From positions 30,070,001-30,134,000 of the forward strand of contig OX597832.1 of assembly GCA_951406725.2 (NCBI GenBank): DNA of 64,000 nucleotides, in the 5' to 3' direction. Of the stretch, positions 56,687 to 64,000 are shown in pieces. Made by a program: the position numbers and the translations under genes. Each line of letters begins with the position of its first letter. The first letter of the stretch is position 1. This stretch comes from Octopus vulgaris (taxonomy: Eukaryota). Under the pieces are notes generated by a model, which worked only from the letters and a program-made list of their open reading frames with translations, did not search any database and was not told the DNA's origin.

Positions 56687-56898
56687 AGTTAATCCAAACA
56701 TGAGCAAAGAGAAAACACAACAACGCGAGGACGTGGAATGAGTATAGTGTTATTGGACGCCCAGGAAAGGAAAGAAAGAAAGGAGGATTTAACGTTTCGA
56801 GCGGAGCTCTTCGTCAGAAACATAGAAAAAGGAAAGATCCAAGGAAGGGAAGACGGAGGAAAAAAATCGCCAACGATACACACGCGGTCACATATTGA
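56687..56898 (-). mobile_element. Hammerhead-bearing Penelope-like element, copy 2 (~212 bp)
   Basis: Same sequence as 28402-28610 in the opposite orientation; adjacent to TA/TATG repeats. Confidence 0.7.
56787..56821 (-). ncRNA. Minimal type-I hammerhead ribozyme motif (intact copy)
   Basis: Minus strand reads GUUU-CUGACGA-A-GAGC(UCC)GCUC-GAAAC-GUU^AAAU: conserved core, 4-bp stem II, palindromic AACGUU in place of stem III, and stem I GUUU/AAAU. Confidence 0.75.
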
Positions 56899-57517
56899 AA
56901 AATTTATATATATGCTTTCGATGCGAGCCTTATATGTACATTATGTACATATTCCCAGAACATTCCCAATTGCAGCCATATTGCTGAAATACTCTAAAAT
57001 GTTCAACTTTATCGCTATAAACGTCGGTTCCTTCTGATTTCTTCTAGTTTCCAGTAAAGTGGAATTATGATTATAATTAGATATAATTAGAGATAATTGG
57101 TATAATTAGTCGGGAAGAATGGTTTCCCTACCAATATTTCAGATAATTACCAGAATTCTGTATCGCAATCCACGTTTTCTTCCCTTTCTACAGAATATGG
57201 TTTCAAATTATTGCCAATTTAGTTGAATCAGTTGGTAGTTGTGTTGCATTGTCTTAAGGCATTAGCATAAAAGAGGCTGGGTGGGGAAGTGCCCGTGGCC
57301 CCCACGGGTCTAGAGGTCTCGATACTGATCTTCGTTTACCGTGGTTCTGTATGTAGGAACTCCAGGCCGTTGCTTTGCTTGGGGGCAGGGTGTTTATAAT
57401 TTCGGTATGAACGCCGTGTTGATGTGGTTATTATTTTAAGTGTTATTGATGTTTATATTAATTAATTAATTAACCCTTCAGTTATGAATCTCATAAATGA
57501 ATGAAATTTATAAAGGT

Positions 57518-57576
<59 letters not shown>

Positions 57577-57757
57577 GTGTGTGTTTTATGTATCAGTATC
57601 TGTTGTGTATACATGTGATATGTATATTAGTAATGGATGTATATTGTATAGATCTGTATATGTCGCATGTGTGTGTGTGTGTGTGTGTGTGTTTGTGTGT
57701 GTGTGGAGTGAATGTATAAAAGATAAGTTAAATATGTAGAAGTAGTAATGATGATGA

Positions 57758-57789
<32 letters not shown>

Positions 57790-58507
57790 AGGTGATGACG
57801 ATGATGATGATGAGGTCCAGGTGTGATATATCATAACCGTTTTATGGCAATCGATTCCTGTGTTCTAAATTGTCATAAACCATTACGGTTCGATTCGACG
57901 CAGTTCCAAGCTGATTACATCTCAAAGTGGCGAGAGGAAATTGGGTATGTTATAAATCCGGTTATTAAAATAGGTATGGCACGGATGGGTAGTACAGCTA
58001 CAATCACAGAAATTATTAACGCAATTGCGAAGAACTATTAAAGCTGATTATGTCATGGAGACGCTCATTAAAACTGTTTACGTTTGAAATTTGTTCTCTG
58101 AAATTATTTGATCAGTAAAGTCTACAAAGAGAGGAGAGAATATTACTAGAAACACAATCTTATTCCAACCAAACAATCGTTGCTATTTATTTTCATCGAA
58201 TACTCGCCATTCTAACACTTATTTCAATAAACACATCAAAATAAACTTCTGCAATGGAGGCGATGATTGTCGCTTACATCAAAATAAAATACGGAGTGAA
58301 ACGATTCAGTTTGAATAGAAAGTTGTCTTGGGCAATTTTGTTTGTTGTAGTAAGAAGCAGATGATTTTATAAGTTTGGAATGTTGTCAGAATAATTCTAG
58401 GAGTTCTTGGAGACTAAACTGTTCTTCTGATCTAGTCCTTACAATTCCGATCAAAGGTCTCGACATCAACATCTTCAATATTTACAGAAATGAAGGCGGT
58501 GAGCTGG

Positions 58508-58859
58508 CAGTTTTCACTTCCTCGTCACTGGAATAATGTTTGCCTCTCAAACCCTCTTTCGTGGGGCCGAAGAGATGATAGTTTGAAGGCGCTAAATTAT
58601 TCCATTATGATGAGGAAGTGAAAACTGTAGTGAAGAAGTGGCTCAAAGAACAGTCAACAGAATTTTACGGGCAGAAATACCTGGTCTCATTCGAAAGTGG
58701 AACATTGCTATTGAGAGAAAGGGTGACTATGTTGAGAAGTAGGGTTGTGATCCACGGAGGACCAGCTTCATTTTGATGTATGATACATGTTCCTTTGTTG
58801 GTAATTTGGTAATTATACCTGTCCTAAACAAAATGGCATTACTTTTTGACTCACCCTCG
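58508..58859 (+). mobile_element. Mariner transposon 3' remnant with right TIR; 5' part inverted
   Basis: + strand DEEVKTVVKKWLKEQSTEFY..IPGLIRKWNIAIERKGDYVEK*, TIR ...tttttgactcaccctcg followed by TA (58860-61); - strand 58508-58582 YHLFGPTKEGLRGKHYSSDEEVKT. Confidence 0.85.
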
Positions 58860-58876
58860 TATTTATGTTCATACAC

Positions 58877-58993
<117 letters not shown>

Positions 58994-59201
58994 AAGTGCT
59001 GCCAGGGTAGACAAGGTAGGCAGTGCCTACCCTGAATAAAATAGATCGATAGTAACATCTTCCCTTTATGGCAAAAAATGGACCTAATTCAATAAATCTG
59101 CCCCCAACTCAGTCGTGCGCCTGTGTTTCGCTTATTTTTGTGTTTTACTACATAAAGGTCACCAACTGCCTACACTTAATAATTACTGACGCACGTACCC
59201 G

Positions 59202-59233
<32 letters not shown>

Positions 59234-59319
59234 TTGAATGTATATGTGTGCAAATATACGTATATATGTATGCATTTTTCTCTGTATACATGCACACATA
59301 CATGAAGCCTGCAAATGTG

Positions 59320-59425
59320 CGCGTGTCAGTGGAGTACTCAGCCACTTGCACGTTAATTTCACGAGCAAGCAGTTCCGTTGGACGGATCAACTGGGACACT
59401 CGTCGTCGTAACCGACGGAGAGCCA
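59320..59425 (+). mobile_element. SINE family B 3' tail fragment
   Basis: gtggagtactcagccacttgcacgttaatttcacgagc...cgtcgtaaccgacgga. Confidence 0.8.
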
Positions 59426-59672
59426 GGCCATATATATATAAATTATACGTAGATGTGTAGTATTGAGTAAAGAGTACTCAATACATGAAGGAGAGAAAAC
59501 ATTTTGATATTTTATTCAAAGTTAACAACTTTATCATCACTTCAGGTACCATGCCAATATGAATGGACGTCTTCAGATTGCACATCAATAATTTCCGTGT
59601 GTGGGGGTGTGTGTGTGTGTGTGTGTGTGTGCATGTATGTGTCTGCGTGTGTTTCCACGTATATGTATGAGC

Positions 59673-59703
<31 letters not shown>

Positions 59704-59895
59704 GTTATCCTGCGAAAAGTACATACATACCTATATATATATATGTGTGTGTTGTGTGTGTGTACGTGTACATATCTATGAGTGTTTACTCCTACACACA
59801 CATAGCTATGTACTTTTCGCAGTATAACTCTGTATACGCATATGAATGAATCTATCTATATATCTATATCTATATCTATTTCTATCTATCCATAT

Positions 59896-60000
<105 letters not shown>

Positions 60001-60019
60001 GATAGATAGATATATATAT

Positions 60020-60076
<57 letters not shown>

Positions 60077-61376
60077 CTGAGATATATACATATATGTATA
60101 TATATGCATTTATATATGTATGTGTATGTATACCTGTGGTCATGCATGTCTCTTATTACCAATATGTACACAAATGTCTACACGGATGTATGCGCATGCG
60201 TATGTGCGACGTGCGTATTTTTCTGCGATATTTCATTTCGGGAAGTCAATAATTTTTATTCATATTTCTAAAGAATTCTTTATGAGCCAAATATGAAGCT
60301 GTTAATAGATTCCAAGTTATCGTAGAAACGGTAGAATAACTCGTGTTCGTAATTCGAACCTCCATCATTGTCAGACTTTATTCACCGTTCGAGAAACCCT
60401 TTCTAAATTGCCTGTTAATATCTCCCTGGGCCCTGCGCAGGCATTTATCACGGCAGATACTAGCGTCTCTGATATATTACCAGTGAGACTCGGTCGCAAT
60501 CATACGTTGGTGGCAACGCGGTGTAAGAGGAACTGTTTGCAGCAATAATTACAAGAAACAAACGGCTCAATTGAGAGGAATGGCGTATATACTGGAAGGG
60601 GGGAGGAGAAGACGAGGAGTGATAAGGAAGGAATATAGAAGGAGGGTGGTGGTGGTGGTGGTTGTGGTTGTGGTTGTGGCGGCGGTGGTGGTGGTGGTGG
60701 TGAGCGTGGACAAGGAAGTGGTGGTGGTGGTGGTGGTGGTGGTGGTGGTTGAAACAGACGGGAAGATAAAGTTTCAATTAAAGAAGACAATGTTTCGGGG
60801 AAAGATGATCCTATAATAGAGTTTCGTAAAAGATATTATATAAACACACACACACACAAACGCACACACGTACATGCACACACACACACACTCATACACG
60901 CGTATATGCTTAGAATGACACGCAGACATACGCACATACATATGTAGACATTTACATATGCGTACACCCATACACAGAGACACACACACACATATGCACA
61001 CACATAGATTTACACCAACATACATTAATACATGCATGTGTACGTATGATTTATATATATATATATACACATACATAAATGTATGCATACATGTGCGTGT
61101 GTGAGTATGTATGTGTGTGTGTGTGTGTAAATACAGACAAATATATAAATATACACTTACATATGTATAAAAAAAAAAAAAGAAAACTAGAACAGTTGAC
61201 TCTGATTTCAGTTCGAATCGTGTGTGTGTATGCGTGTGTGTGCGTTGTGTGTGTGTGTGTGTGTGTATGTGTGTGTGTGTGTGTTTGTGTGTACATACAT
61301 ACGTATGTGTGTGTGTATCCGAACCTGTATTTGTATTACATATGTGCTTACATTATAGTCTGTGCATGTACGCATG

Positions 61377-61475
<99 letters not shown>

Positions 61476-62427
61476 ATTGTAGATTGAACCAATATTTGAC
61501 CTTCTGTGTATGGAAGCAGTTTGAAGGAATCAATTTCCTGGCGGTGCTGAAAGACGGAGTTAATCTCATAAAGAATCTATTTGCAAGTCTTTACGACTGA
61601 TCGTCTTCGCCCTCAGGTCGAAAGTTCGATAAATTGAGCAGCAATTTCTTTTACGTGCTGAAAGTTTTCTACCTCCGAGCCAACTGGCCGTTCGTCCCTA
61701 ATCTGTTTAAAAGGCCTATTTTCCATATTAATCTCATCAGCTGAGAAACAATTTACTCTATTAATCCAATAACGTTACACTTGGGTAATACCTGCTGCAA
61801 TGTAATTTGAAACTAATCAACTGTTAATTAAAATAGTAAAAATACTCGCCATGTATTCCAATGACGGAATGGAAGCGTTGCGGTTTAGGTCTCGCAGACT
61901 TGGCTGAAGACAGAACAGAGAAGAACTCTGCTGCCAGATTTATTCGATCAAGACAAAATTTGTCAGCAGCAAATCTTGTTTTAATGTAAAGAGATACTGC
62001 GAGAATATATTGTAATTTGCGGTTTTCCATTTTTGACACGAATTATCCAGATATTCTTCAAAGATATTTCTGCGAATAGCTGTTCAGATAGTTGGCAGAA
62101 TAATTACAGATTTACGACCAGACAATTACTATGGTTCCTGACATCAGTTTAATATGGCGAAATGGAATCACATCTAGTGTCTCTTACATACTCTAATATA
62201 CATACATCCAAACGTGTGTATATATGTGTATTTGTACAAAGTTTACATACAAGGGTGCGTGTGCGTGTGCCTACAGTTTATTGGGAAATTTTCAATAAAC
62301 TATGCTCTACAATAGGTATTGAGTACAACACTCTCATGGATCTGGTACAGTTCCCTTCTGCCCACCGAGGAACGAAGTGAAGTACATCTTTTCTAAGGTC
62401 ACCAAACAGTGGAATGGTCCATAACGA

Positions 62428-62484
<57 letters not shown>

Positions 62485-62629
62485 TTTCTCTATCTATCTA
62501 TCTATCTATCTATTTATCTATTTATCTGTGTTTGTATGTGTGTATATACACCTACATATATACGTGCACACACATGCTCATATATACATACATATATACA
62601 TATATACATACAATCAAATAATATATATA

Positions 62630-62728
62630 CCCTCCTTCTTCCCTTCTTTCCTGAGCGTCCAATAATACTTTATTTGTTCCACATCCTTGCGTTGTTGTTT
62701 TTTTGTTTTTGTTTTCTTGTTTGGATTA

Positions 62729-62733
<5 letters not shown>
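62630..62733 (+). mobile_element. 5'-truncated copy of the same element (copy 4), starting just after the ribozyme site
   Basis: ccctccttct...cctgagcgtccaataa...tgtttggattaact, bounded by TA repeats. Confidence 0.7.
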
Positions 62734-62806
<73 letters not shown>

Positions 62807-63002
62807 TAGATACATAGACAGATAGATAGATCGATTAATTGATAGATAGATGGATAGATAGACAGATAGATAGATATACTTGAAGATCGCAGTGGCGGGA
62901 AAATCAAGTCTCGAGATGAACAACCAGTTTCAATAACCCATACACTCTACAACATATATTGAGTACTCTCCTCCTCTCCCACTCTCTCTCTTTATATGTG
63001 TG

Positions 63003-63073
<71 letters not shown>

Positions 63074-64000
63074 GTGTATACACACACATACGCACACATG
63101 AACACAAACACACATACACACACACGCAAATAAACATAAATGAATAAAGGGCAAATGTATGGATGGTAGTAAGGAAAACAAAAATTAAAAAAAACTGTAA
63201 TAGAAGCGTTGGTGAGATGATGCGTCAGTGTATGTGTGTACGGACATACATGTGTATATAGACATGCGTGTGTTAGAGTGTGTATACGTGTAAGTGTGTA
63301 TGTGTGTGTCTACCATAGTTCCTGCCCAAATCGCCAAACAAAAGCAGTTATTTGTGATGTTCTCTTCACCAAATATTTCCAAATCTATCCAAGTCCAAAA
63401 AATAAACCCGTTCTTGAACGTAGCATTTTTTTTCTCTCTCTCCACCAAACAACCATTATTAATGTAAAATCGATGTAGAAACAATTCCATCACTCCCTAT
63501 TTAGTGAAATTCAATGCTTATGCTAATATTTGCGAGTGTATATATCTCTTATATATATATATATATATATATATACACGCGCGCGCGTGTTTGTACCTTT
63601 GGATGTACACGTGTGTGCGTGTGTATACGTATGTATACATATATATTTATACTTGTATTTAAATGTACCTATATATACATGTATATATATATGTGTGTGT
63701 ATGTGTGTGTGTGGGTGTGTGTGTATGTATATATATATATATATGTGTGTGTGTGTATATATATATATGTGTGTGTGTATAAATATATATATATATATGT
63801 ACATTTATGGCAAATGAAAGACAGAAGAAGGAATATATGTACATTTATACATATGTATATAAATATATATGTGTGTGTGTATGTACATATAGTATATAAT
63901 GTATGTGTGTGTACACACACAATGTATTCACGTGTGCATGCAGATATACCATAGACAGGATGCGCATACACGCGCGCACACACACAAACACAAATATATA

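Noticed and set aside
57181-57215. Pyrimidine tract-CAG followed by IWFQII
   Set aside because: The WFQ frame is out of phase with the AG, and N51/RRAK are absent.

Overview
Eukaryotic, AT-rich, microsatellite-saturated genomic DNA; the SINE families and repeat landscape point to an octopod cephalopod (Octopus-like; inference). Nearly all ORF-track entries are translations of (TA)n/(CA)n/(TATC)n/(AAT)n repeats. The only host coding sequence I can support is one 194-nt internal exon (40765-40958, +) of a Shox/Shox2-type PRD-class homeobox gene, encoding homeodomain residues 1-46 with the canonical 46/47 intron. Neither flanking exon is recognisable in the window. The rest is intronic or intergenic and contains at least four tRNA-derived SINE families; decayed CR1, RTE, R4/Dong-type, L1/Tx1 and mariner remnants; hAT and Tc1-type MITEs; Helitron ends; and a minisatellite with higher-order structure. 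Highlights: (1) a ~210-bp element family inserted in (TA)n that carries a minimal type-I hammerhead ribozyme of the Penelope kind, with one truncated copy starting almost exactly at the predicted cleavage site; (2) ten perfect nuclear-receptor AGGTCA half-sites within ~1 kb; (3) a perfect 58-bp hairpin and several fold-back TE inversions; (4) close inverted SINE pairs that are candidate ADAR substrates.
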